Shown here in pieces: positions 23,103-33,424 of a stretch of 64,000 bases of DNA. A program made the position numbers and the translations under genes. The number at the start of each line of letters is the position of its first letter. The stretch's first letter is position 1. The stretch lies in NCBI GenBank assembly GCA_014905635.1, contig JABVCE010000013.1:496001-560000 (forward strand), read 5' to 3'. The notes under the pieces were generated by a model. It ran no database searches and was not told where the DNA came from. It saw only the letters and a program-made list of their open reading frames with translations. Source of the stretch: Scenedesmus sp. PABB004 (taxonomy: Eukaryota).

Positions 23103-24882
23103 ATGTCGGCGCTGCTCCGCCTGCGCGGCGCGGCGGCGGCCGCGATGGACGAGTACTACGAGCGCTGCAGGTGGGGCCCCGCCCGACCGGGCCGTGGGCC
23201 AGCGCGCGGCGCCCACGGCGGCCGGCGCGCGCGCGCGCAGGGCGGCAGACGCGGCGCGCGCGGACGAGGCGGCGGCGGCGCTCGTGCTGCAGGCCGCGTG
23301 GCGCGGCCGGCTGCAGCGCCTGGAGCTGCAGCGGCTCAGGTGGGTGGCGCCGCAGGCAGCGGCGGGGGGCGCGAGACCCCCCTGGCTGGCGCCCGCCTCG
23401 AGCGCCCGTGCCGCGCGCGGCGCGCGCAGCGCCGTGGCGCTGACCATCCAGCGCTGCTGGCGCGGCCATCTGGGCCGGCAGCGCTTCGCCGCCGCGCGGC
23501 ACGCCAAGGACAAGCAGCTGCGCGAGGTGCGCGTGCACGCGGCGCGTGCACGCGTGCATGCGGGGCACGCAGGCACGTCGCGCCGCGCGCGCCCACGCCG
23601 CCGCGCGGCCGGCCCCGCCAGGCCTACTTTGCGGCGGCGGCGACCGTCATCCAGCGCCACTGGCGCGGGCACTGGAGCCGCACCCGCCTGCACGACTTCC
23701 ACGCGCGCAAGGCCTACCTCGCGGCGGTGGCGGCCGCCGGCGCGGCCATGCGCGCGGGCATGGAGGCGGAGCGCCGCGACGCGCTCGCGGCGCGCAAGGC
23801 CGCGGCGGCGGCGGCGGCTGCACGGGCGTTTGGCGCGCTGGCGCCGCGGCTGCACCACCTCGCGTCGACGGCAGCCATTCCCGGCATCTTCAGCCCGCCG
23901 AGCGGCGCCGCCCAGGCGCCGGTGCTGGCGGGCCAGCCGCTGGAGCAGCACCTGCGCAGCCTCGCGCGGAAGCAGGTGGGCGCGCGGCGCGCGGTGCGCG
24001 GCGCGCGGCCGCCCTGCGCCGGCGCTGACACGCGCCCCGGCGCCGGCCGCCGCGCCGCCGCTGCCAGGCCGCGGGGGCGGTGAGGCAGCAGCAGGCCTCG
24101 CTGCGCCAGGCGCTCGGCAGCAGCGGCTGCAGCGGCCGCAGCGCCGGCGGCTTTGTGTTCCCCGCCGGCAGCTGCAGCAGGCCAGGCTCCCTGGAGGCGA
24201 GCAGCGGCGCGGCTGCAGCGGCAGCGGCAGCGGCAGCGGCAGCGGCAGCGGCAGCGGCAGCGGCAGCGGCAGCGGCAGCAGGCTCGCCGCCGGCGGCGGC
24301 CAGCGCGGCGGCCCTGGCAGCGGCCAGCCGGCGCGGCGGCGCCGCGCCCGGCCGTGGCGCCAGCAGTGGCGGCGGCAAGCTGGCCACCCAGGTGGTTGAG
24401 GCTGTCGAGCAGGAGTATGCAGCACGAGCGCGGCCCAACCTGCCTGATGGGCGCTTCAGCCCGGGGCTCAGCCTCCAGCAGAGCGCCGCGTGGGACGCTG
24501 GGCGGCAGGCGGCCGACCTCGAGCGGCGCGTCAGCAGGGGCCTGGTGAGCGCGGCGGGCGCGTGGGCGCGCAAGCTGGCGCCCGCTGGCCCGGTTGCCCA
24601 GCCGCCGACGTGCGCTGCCGCCGCTCACCGCAGGTGCGCACGCTTCACTCAGGCCAGCCCTTTAACAGCAGCAGCAAGCCTCCGGAGCCGCTGGCGCCGC
24701 CGGAGCTGCAGCCGGCGCCCGGCAGCCCTGCGGCCAGCCGTGGGGCCAGCCCCGCCGGCGGCGGCGTGCGCAGCGGCTCGCCGGGCGGCGGCGGCGGGCA
24801 GGCCGGCAGCCCCGTGCGGCCGTGGCAGCACAACACGTTTGGCGGGGCCATGTTCTCGCCGCACCTCAAGCAGGCATACTGA
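23103..24882 (+). CDS. IQ-motif protein, SPATA17 (CFAP305/MOT17)-like, multi-exon
   Basis: Three IQ motifs (LQAAWRG, IQRCWRGHLGR, IQRHWRGHWSR) followed by HDFHARKAYL and LHHLASTAAIPGIFSPP, as recalled for SPATA17; 3' exons less certain. Confidence 0.75.
24212..24277. repeat. (GCAGCG)n hexamer repeat (poly-Ala) in the SPATA17-like gene
   Basis: About 10 tandem units. Confidence 0.9.
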
Positions 24883-25065
24883 CAGTCATTCGCGGTGACG
24901 CCCGCGCTTGTGTGGGGCTCAGCAGCTGTCGTGACAGCGCTGGTCGAGTGCGTGCTGCAGCGTGCGTGCGAGCCCCAAACTGCGTGTGTGTGAGCAACCG
25001 CGGCAACCGCTCCGCGCTCGCGCCCGCTGCCAGCGCCGCCGCCTCAGCACGAGCGCACCGCAAAC

Positions 25066-26235
25066 ATGGCCCTCGCGGCGCTCACGCTGGTGGTCCTTCT
25101 GGGCGCGGTGCGCTGACGGCTGCAGCAGCAGAGCTGGGCGAGCGGCGCACGCGCAACCGCCTGGAGATGTGAGCCGGCGGCGCTCACGGGCCCGCCGCCG
25201 CTCCCCTGCCCGCAGGCCGCCGCGGCGGAGGTCCCTCCCCCCACCTTCGATGCCAATCTGATCGTGGCGGACATTGAGAGTGAGCTGCGCTGCCGCCGGC
25301 GCGCGGCGCACGGCTCAACAACCTGGCGGCGGCGCCGCGCGGGCCGGCCGGCGCGCGAGCAGCTGCGCAGGACCGCCCTTGCCGCACAGCAGGGCAAATG
25401 AGCTCGGTTTTCGAGCGCAGCGGCAGCATGTGTGCGGGCAGGTGCTCCGCCGGCGCCGGGCTGGCTGAGTGCGCGCGCTGGCCGCGCCCCGTGTCGTCGC
25501 GCCGCAGAGTGCCCCGTCAAGAACGTGCTGTTCGACACCAAGGTCTTTGACGGTGAGGCGCGCGGCTGTTGAGCGCGCCGCCGCTCCGCGCGCGCCGCGC
25601 CACGCCGCGCCGCGCACCGCGCCGCGCCACGCCCCGCGCAGCCGCGAGCCTCGCGACGATGCCGGAGCTGCTGTCTGACTCGGGCATGGACAAGAAGTGC
25701 CAGGACGCGGCGGTGGAGAACCTGGCCGGCTGCTTCATCGACGGCAGCCTGCAGGTCATGACCGGCTGCTGCAGCACCGAGTGCGCGGCGGGGGTCAAGA
25801 AGTCGATCGCGTCGGGCTGCTTCAAGGCCTACGAGGCTGCGATCTGCAACAGCACCTCCGCGACGGGCGTGCGCACCGGCCTGTGAGCGCGGCCGCGCCG
25901 CGCGCGCCGCCGCCGGCCCCGCGCGGCGCGCCGCGGCCCGGCCCTCGCGCCCGCCGCCGACTCGCCGCGCTCCTCGCCCCGCGCGCCGCAGGTTCCACGC
26001 CGCGAAGCGCTGCGGCAACTACGACGCGAAGTGCGGGCCGGCTGCCGCGGTCATCAAGGCCAACGCGACGGCGGCGGTGGCAACCAACGCGACCGCCAGC
26101 CGCGACGTGCCCGCCGCCGACGCGGCGGCGCCCGCCGCCGCGCCGGCCAAGAGCTCCGCCCTGGGCGCCGCCGCGTCTGGCCTGCTGTCGCTCGCGGGCG
26201 CGGCGGCCGCGCTCGCGCTGGCGGCCGCGCACTGA
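25066..26235 (+). CDS. Secreted 10-Cys family protein C, predicted GPI-anchored, 5 exons
   Basis: MALAALTLVVLLGA|AAAEVPPPTFDANLIVADIEKCPVKNV...LAGCFIDGSLQVMTGCCSTECAAG...LFHAAKRCGNYDAKC...KSSALGAAASGLLSLAGAAAALALAAAH*; four GT-AG introns. Confidence 0.85.
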
Positions 26236-26386
26236 GGGCTCGGCGGCTGAGCCGCGCGGGCCCGCGCGCGCGGCTGTGCGTCTCTGCCGCCTGCCCAGAA
26301 TGCTCGGACGTGGGGGCGCTGTCCGCACAGCGCCAACGAGAGGTTAAGTGCAACCCGGCACTCGCCGAGACCCACTCGCCCGCGCG

Positions 26387-27082
26387 CTACCGCTCGCCCG
26401 CGCCGCCGCCCGCCGCGCCAGCGCCCGCGTCAGCGCCCGCTGCCGCCGCAAAGTGCTGCCGCAGCGTGCCGCGGTCGTCATCCACGAGCATGCCGTGCTT
26501 CCAGCACCCCTGCGCCGCGGCGACAGCGGCAGCGCCATGGGCGGGCCGCCGCGGCGGCCGCGGCTTGCATTCCCCGCGCCCCGCGCGCCGCGCCCCTGCC
26601 GCGCGCACCGTGGCGGCGCCGAGCGCGCGGTTGGCCTCCAGCTCGGCGTCGACCTCGGCGGCCGTGAGGCGGCGCCCGTGGTAGCGCGACAGGTTCTGGC
26701 ACCCCAGCGCCTTGGCCGCCTTGATGCGGATCGCCTGGTCGTCCCAGCCCGGCAGCAGCGCCTCGCCGATGTCGCGCCAGCGCCCGACGCCGTGGCGCTC
26801 GAGGCCGGCCAACAGCGCCGCGCGCTCGGGCTCGCCCCACTTGCGCTCCGCGAGCGTGACGACCGCGCGCGGGCGGAAGAACTCCTGGTCGATGCCGCCG
26901 TCGGGCGACAGCATCGCGGGTGGGCTGAAGAGCCGCCGCAGGCGCCGCGCGCGCTCGACCCGGTCCTCCGCCACCTCGCCCGGCGGCGGCTGCTGCTCCC
27001 GCGCCGCGCCGCCGCCGCCCGGCGGCGGCTGCTGCTGCTGCTGCTGCTGGGCGAGGGGCCCGCCCGCCGCGCCGCCTGGCAT
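26387..27082 (-). CDS. Myb/HTH protein similar to p2 subunit of the MTA1 (AMT1) 6mA DNA methyltransferase complex; one intron
   Basis: RRLRRLFS..MLSPDGGIDQEFF..KWGEPERAALLAGLERHGVGRWRDI..LLPGW..IRIKAAKALGCQNLSRYHG..NRALGAAT|GCWKHGMLVDDD. Confidence 0.72.
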   Translation of the reverse strand: MPGGAAGGPLAQQQQQQQPPPGGGGAAREQQPPPGEVAEDRVERARRLRRLFSPPAMLSPDGGIDQEFFRPRAVVTLAERKWGEPERAALLAGLERHGVGRWRDIGEALLPGWDDQAIRIKAAKALGCQNLSRYHGRRLTAAEVDAELEANRALGAATVRAAGARRAGRGECKPRPPRRPAHGAAAVAAAQGCWKHGMLVDDDRGTLRQHFAAAAGADAGAGAAGGGAGER

Positions 27083-27458
27083 GGCTGCTGCGGGCCGGCG
27101 TTCGTTCGAAAGGCTCAGCAGCAGCGGCCGCGCGCGGCGTGCGTGGGCGCAGCAGGTGCTGGTACGGCTGTGCGCATGCGTGCAGGTGTGTGCGGGGGGA
27201 GTGGGTGTGGCTCCGGCCGTAAGCGGCGGCGGACGTTGGAAGCTGCGGCGCCGCCGTCGCGACGCGCGTCGTGGCGGCCGCCGCGTCGACGGTCATCTCC
27301 CGCCAGCCGCGGCTCGCCCCCACTCCGCCCAGCTCACCGACACGCACACAGGCCCACACACGCACGCCTGTCGAGCACGCCAGCCCGCCCGCATCGCAGC
27401 TGCTGCACAGCCCGCCTCGCCGCACAGCCAGGCGCGCGTTGCAGCTCCGGCGACCGCC

Positions 27459-28870
27459 ATGCAGCTCTTCATACGCGGCGGCGCCACGCTGGCGCTTGAG
27501 GCGGAGCCCGGCAGCAGCGTGGGCGCGCTGAAGGCCGCGTACGCCGCCCGCGCGTATGGCGTCGACGTGGGCGAGCAGCTGGTGCGGGGAGGGCCCGCCG
27601 CGCGCGCCGGCAGCCGCTTCGGCGCCCCGGCGCGCCGCCGGCAGCAGCGTCGCTCACGCCGCCGCCGCCGCCGCCGCGCGGCGCGCGCCGCGCGCAGGTG
27701 CTGGTGCACGGCGGGCGGCAGCTGGACGAGGGCGCCACGCTGGCGGGCGCGGGGGTCGCGCCGGGTGCGACGCTGAGCGTCGCGGGGCGCCTGCGCGGCG
27801 GCGGCGGCGACGGCGGCAGCACGGGCGCGGAGAGCCGCTCCTGCTACCTGGAGATGTATGCAGAGCGCAAGCCTGACAAGGTGCGCGGCACGCGGCACGC
27901 GGGGCGCGGGGCGCGGGCGCAGGGGCGGGGGGGGGGGGGCAGCGGGTGGGACGCCGGCGCAGGCGCGCGCGCCGGACGCGCCCCGCGCCGACCGCCCCGC
28001 CCGCGCCACGCCGCGGCGCGCCGCCAGGTCAACCCCGCGGAGGAGCTGCTCGCGCGCTGGACGAGCTGCCGGCTCTCTGGCGAGCGGCTCGCGCCGCCGT
28101 GCGTCGCCGACGAGCTGGGCAGCCTGTTCAACAAGGAGCCGCTGGTGCACGCGCTGCTCAACAAGACCATGCCGCCCGCGCTCGGCCACATCGCGAGCCT
28201 CAAGGGCCTCGTGCCGCTGCGCCTGCACCCCGTGCCGCGCAGCGGCAGCGGCGGCGGCGCCAGCGCCGGCGCCGGCGGCGCGAGCTGCGACGTCGCCGAC
28301 TTCCAGTGCCCGCTCACGGGGCTCGAGCTCAACGGGCGCTTCCCGTTTGTGGTGCACCGCGCGAGCGGGCACGTGCTGAGCGAGCGCGCGCTGCGCGAGG
28401 CGCCCGCGGCGGTCGAGGAGCTGCTCGGCGGGCGGTGGGCGCGGGACGACATGATCCCGGTCAACCCCACGGGCGAGGAGCTGGAGAGGCGCCAGGTCGC
28501 GCTCGCGGCGGCGCTCGCGGCGGAGCGCGCGCGCAAGCGCGCCAAGAAGGCGGGCAAGGAGCGGGCAGCGGCGGCGGTGGAGGGCGGCGCCGGCGCCGGC
28601 GGCGGCGGCAGCGACAAGCCGCCGCTGGCGCCGGCCGCGCCGGCGGGAGCAGCAGCGGCGGCGGCGGGCGCCAAGCGCGCGCTCGCGTCGGCGGCGCCCG
28701 GCGGCGGCGGCGCGGCGACGGGCGCGGCGGCAGCGGCGGCGGTCAAGCGCGTCAAGGTGCCCGCCGGCGCGACGCCCGAGGTCTACGCCAGCCTCTTCTC
28801 CACGGGCCAGGCAAAGGGCAAGGAGACCTTCTGCTGCCGCTCGACGTCGGGGCGCGGGCTCGGCATGTGA
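27459..28870 (+). CDS. RTF2: Replication termination factor 2 with N-terminal ubiquitin-like domain, 3 exons
   Basis: MQLFIRG...GGRQLDEG..LRGG then GGDGGSTGAESRSCYLEMY, WTSCRLS, DELGSLFNKE, FQCPLTGLELNGRFPF, SGHVLSERAL, VYASLF. Confidence 0.92.
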
Positions 28871-29221
28871 GCGCGCGGCGCGGCCGCATGTGATCGTCGC
28901 GGCGCCGCCGTCACGACGAGCCGCTCGGCGACGTGCGGCCACGCAGCCGCGCCCCGATGTCAGTCAGCACCCACTCAATCCGGCAAGCACACACGCGCTG
29001 CGCAGCCCACGCTCACGCCGCCGCAGCCGCGCCAGCAGCAGCAGCAGCAGCAGCGCCGCCTGGCGCCCGGCACCCGCCGCTTCCCAGCAGGCGTCTCCGC
29101 GCCTGCGCACGCGCGCCGGCCTTGAGGGAGAGGGCCGCCTGGGCCTCGGGGTTGCTCGAGCGGGCAGCGCGCCAGAGGGAGGGCACATCTCCTCGCCTGG
29201 CGCCCGGCGCCTGGCGCGCGC

Positions 29222-30592
29222 ATGGACCTGCTCGCGGGCTACGGCTCGGGTGGCAGCGACAGCGACAGCGATGGCGCCCCGCCCAGTCCGGTGCGGCGGC
29301 CCACGGCGACGGTGAACGCCGCGCCGGCGGTGGCCGCCGCGCCGGCGGTGGCCGCCGCGCCGGCGCCCCCGCCGCGGGCCGCCGGGGGCCTGTTTGGCCG
29401 CCTCCCCGCGCCCAAGGCCGCGCCCGGGCCGGGTGGCGGCGGCGGCCTGCCGGCAGGCTTCTTCGACGCCGGCGACGCAGCAGCGGCGCCCGGGCCGGGT
29501 GGCGGCGGCGGCGGCGGCCTGCCGGCAGGCTTTTTCGACGCGGGCGACGCAGCGGCGGCGCTGCCGGCGCCCGCGCCGGCGAACGACGACGCGCCCGGGC
29601 CCGCGGTGCGGCCGCCGCGGCCGCCGCGGCCGGCCGCCGACGACCTGCCCGGCCCGAGCGACGCCGCGCTGTGGTCGCGCCTGCCCGCACCGCGCGGCGG
29701 CGGCGGCGGCGGCGCGGGCGGCAAGCGGCGCGTCACGCTGCGGCCGATGATCAACATGGAGCTCCTGGCCGCGTCGGACAGCGACGACGACGCGCCGGCC
29801 GCCAAGCGGGCCAAGCCCGTGGCGCCGGCAGCGGCCAAGTCAAGCGTGCTCAGCTTCCTGCCGGCGCCCAAGAACGCGCCCAGGGGCGGCGGCGGCGGCG
29901 GCGGCCTCGGCGGCACGCGGCTGGACGTCGGCGTCGGCGGCGGCGGCGGCGGCAGCGGCGGCGGCGGCGCGCCGCAGCAGGCGGGCGGCGGCGCCGCCGC
30001 GCCGGGGCCGCAGCTGGCGAGCGGCAACGAGGCGTATCGCCTCGTGCGCCCGGCAGCGGCGGCGGCGGACGGGGAGCAGCAGCCGCAGGAGCAGGCGTAC
30101 GCGCAGCAGTTTGCGCAGCAGCCGCAGCCGTACGGCGGCTACGAGCAGCTGCAGCAGCAGGCGCCGGCGCCGGGCGGCGCGCGGCGCGGCGGCGCGCCGG
30201 CGGCGGCGGGGCTGCAGCCCGAGGAGGCGCTGCTGCAGGAGGCGCTCGCGGCGGAGGCGGTCAAGGCGGCGCGGCGCGCCGCGGGCGGCGGCAGCAGCCA
30301 GCTGGTGCTGCCGGACATACAGTTCAAGGAGGTCAGCGCGGACGCGATCAAGCACGTCGACCCCGCGGCGCGCGAGGCGGCCGGCGGCGCGCGCGCGGCG
30401 CTCGGGTCGGACTACGCCGCCGGGCTGCGCGCCGCCGCGGCGCCGCACGCGGGGTCCAAGCTCGCGCGGTCGAAGCACCAGATCGGGACGCTCTTTGCCA
30501 ACGCGAAGCTGCGCGAGCTGGAGATGCTGGAGAACCGTGCGGCGGGCATGAAGAGCAAGGCCGAGACGGCGGGCAAGTACGGCTGGCGCTGA
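29222..30592 (+). CDS. PRCC: Proline-rich PRCC-family protein, apparently intronless
   Basis: MDLLAGYGSGGSDSD N-terminus, LPAPK motifs, C-terminal SKLARSKHQIGTLFANAKLRELEMLENRAAGMKSKAETAGKYGW. Confidence 0.88.
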   Translation: MDLLAGYGSGGSDSDSDGAPPSPVRRPTATVNAAPAVAAAPAVAAAPAPPPRAAGGLFGRLPAPKAAPGPGGGGGLPAGFFDAGDAAAAPGPGGGGGGGLPAGFFDAGDAAAALPAPAPANDDAPGPAVRPPRPPRPAADDLPGPSDAALWSRLPAPRGGGGGGAGGKRRVTLRPMINMELLAASDSDDDAPAAKRAKPVAPAAAKSSVLSFLPAPKNAPRGGGGGGGLGGTRLDVGVGGGGGGSGGGGAPQQAGGGAAAPGPQLASGNEAYRLVRPAAAAADGEQQPQEQAYAQQFAQQPQPYGGYEQLQQQAPAPGGARRGGAPAAAGLQPEEALLQEALAAEAVKAARRAAGGGSSQLVLPDIQFKEVSADAIKHVDPAAREAAGGARAALGSDYAAGLRAAAAPHAGSKLARSKHQIGTLFANAKLRELEMLENRAAGMKSKAETAGKYGWR

Positions 30593-30767
30593 GTCGGTCC
30601 AACTCGGCTCGGCTCAACGCGCGCGACAGACAGACGCTGCGCGGGCGGCGGCGGCGGCGGCGGCGGCGCGGGGGCGCTGCGCGGGGGCAAGCGGAGGGGG
30701 CGAGGCGTACGTTACGATTGCGGCCGGCCGGCCGGCGGCGGCGCGGGGACCGAGCAGGAGCAGTGCG

Positions 30768-30772
30768 TGTAA
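30768..30772 (+). promoter_or_regulatory. TGTAA polyadenylation signal for PRCC
   Basis: Exact TGTAA ~175 nt downstream of the stop. Confidence 0.6.
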
Positions 30773-30958
30773 GATGCGCGATGCTGAGCCTCCGTTATGA
30801 GCGGTCAGCCTGCGCGGGCGGGCCCATCCAAAGAATCACCCAGCTGCAGCTGCAGAGCGGCGCGCGCGTGCGAACACAAACAACAGGCACACACATGTGC
30901 AGATGGGCAGTGCTGGGGAGCAGGGCAACGCTGACGCACGCGCCGCGTCAGCCGCCGG

Positions 30959-33059
30959 CTAGGACGGCGGCGTGCAGACGCCCCCGGCGCACGTGTAGCC
31001 AGTCGGGCAGCAGCTGGTGCCGCAGCCAAACTCGGTGTCCAGCCGGCAGCAGACCTGGGCGCTGGTGCAAAAACGGTTGGGACCGCAGCAGATCCCGCCG
31101 CAAGGAAGCGACGGCGCCACACAGCACGCGCCGCTCTGCGGGTTGCACTGCCCGGCACAGCAGTTTCCATACGTTCCGGTCCCATTGGCGTCGATAAATC
31201 CGCTGTTGATGGCGCCGCCAAGGCCGGAGCTGCACGCGACGCTGCCCTGCGGGCTGCGCGCGCGGCGGCGGGCAGGCGGGCGGTCGGACGAAGACCGCGG
31301 GGCCGGTGGTGGTGGTGGTGGCTCGCGCGTGCGCGGCGGGGGGCGCGCGCTCCTGCCGCCGCCGCACGCTCGCCGCCGCGCGCTCCGCCCCCGCGCGCTC
31401 CGCCGCCGCGCCACGCTCCGCCGCGCTCGCACCAGCAGATGTTGTTGTTGGGCCCGGTGCAGACCTCGCCGCCGACGCAGAAGCCGGGAGCCACGCCGGC
31501 CGGGCCGCAGGGGATGGACCCGACGGGGGCGCAGAACTGGTTGATGCACGTCTGGTCAGACGAGCAGCACGACGCACCGCACGGCACCGCGCCGGTGGTG
31601 CAGCAGATCGCGCCGTTGCAGACGCCGGTGCAGCAGGTGTTGCCGCATAGGACCTGCCCCGACGCGCAGCAGACGCCCGAGAGGCACTGCGACGGCGGGG
31701 AGCAGACCGCGGTGCCGCACAGCGTGCTGCCGCCGGGCACGCACTGGCCGTTCAAGCACGTCGTGCCGCCCTGGCAGCAGGCCGCGCCGCAAATGAGGCT
31801 CGGGTCGCAGCAGGCGCCCTGCGCGCCGGGCGGCGGCGGCGGCTTCAGCGGCGGCGGCGTCGCGCGCGGCGGGCGAGCTGCACCGCGCGGTCGCTGCGCG
31901 CCCTGGCTGGCGCCGCCGCCCCCGGTGCGCAGCAGCTGCCGGGGCAGGCCCGCCGCCGCCCGCCCTCGTCGGCACTCACTCCGACGCACTGCAGCCCCGG
32001 CGCGCAGCACTGGCCGGAGCACGGCGTCGAGCCGCTCCCGCAGCACTGCCCGTTTATGCATTGGCCGTTGCAGCACTGCCCCCCACAGAGCGCCGTGCCC
32101 GCGTCGCAGCACAGCCCCTGCATGCACGCCTGCGGCGGCGGCGGTCGGCGGCGGGGGCGGGGGCTGAGCGGCGCCGGCGCCGGGTGCCTCCCCCGGCTGT
32201 CTACCGCTGACCCCCTCCCCTGGGACCTTCCTCTCACCTGGCCGGCCTGGCAGCAGCCGCTGCCGCACATCAGCGATGCCTGGCAGCACGCTCCTCCAAC
32301 GCAGGCGGTGCCGGCGGCGCAGCACGAGGCGCCGCACATCGTGGCGGGCGGATTGCAGCAGCCGCCGCTCGGGAGCACGCCGCCCGCAGCACAGCAGCTT
32401 CCCGTGACGGGGTCGCACTGCTCACTCGCGGAGCACGCCTGCGGCGCGCCGCCGGTGCCGCACACCGAGGCCGCCGCCACGCACTGCCCCGACAGGCACG
32501 TCTGCGGGCGGGCCGCCGGCCGCGCGGCGCGCGCGCGTCAGCGCCGGCGAGGCGTCGCCGGCGCGCACCGCTGCGCGGCCGCCGCCGCCGCCGCCGCAGC
32601 GCCGCCGCTCACCGTGCCCGCCGCGCAGCAGGCCTGGTCGCACACGGACGCCGACGGGCAGCACTGCCCGTTCAAGCAGACGCTGCCGTCCGCGCAGCAG
32701 GCATCGAGGCCGCCCGAGGAGCCGCAGATTTGCGACGGAGCGCAGCAGCTGGGCGCCGGCGAGCCGGCGTTGATGCAGAGCTCCGCCGGCGGGCAGCACG
32801 TATTCCCGCACGCCCCGACCGACGCGCAGCAGGCCCCGTTCACGCAGAGCTGCGAGCCGCTGCAGCAGCCGCCGATGCAGGGGCTCTCGCCGGCCGCTGT
32901 ATTGCAGTAGAGCTGTGCGGCGGCCGCCAGGCGCCGCGCCGGGGCGCTCGCGGCAGCGGCCGCCTGCACGCGCCACGCCGGCGCGCTCGCGGCGCTGGCG
33001 CTGGCCAGGGCAGCTAGGAGCAGCGCGCCGACGACGCCCGCTCGATCACGACGTCGCAT
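30959..33059 (-). CDS. Secreted cysteine-rich tandem-repeat protein (CGxxCC-x4-C-x3-CC units), 5 exons
   Basis: Signal peptide [21 protein letters not shown]; repeats such as [46 protein letters not shown] continue across GT-AG introns to TAG at 30959-30961. Confidence 0.88.
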
Positions 33060-33424
33060 GGCAGCAGCTGCCCGGGCGCCGCGCACGGGAGCTGGCCCCG
33101 GCTGCTGCCGGAGGGCCCGCTGCTGCCGCGCCCCCGGGCCAGCCGCGGGGCCACGGCACGGCGCGTCGCGGCGGGAACAATGCGGACTCGCGGGTCTCAG
33201 CAGCGCGGGGCGCTGAGGCGCGTGCTGGGCGGCCTGTTCAGCCGCGGGCGATTCCTCGCAGCGGCTGTGGCGCGCAGCGGTCCGTGGCGCGCTGGCGCCG
33301 TCGTGGCGAGCTTCGCGGCCCGATCGAGTGCCCGGTCGCGCGACTGGTTGCGGCGCTCGCGGCAGGCGAACGGGCGCCGGCGCGCCAGCGGGTGACGACG
33401 CCGCTGCTTCTGGTTGCACGTCCG

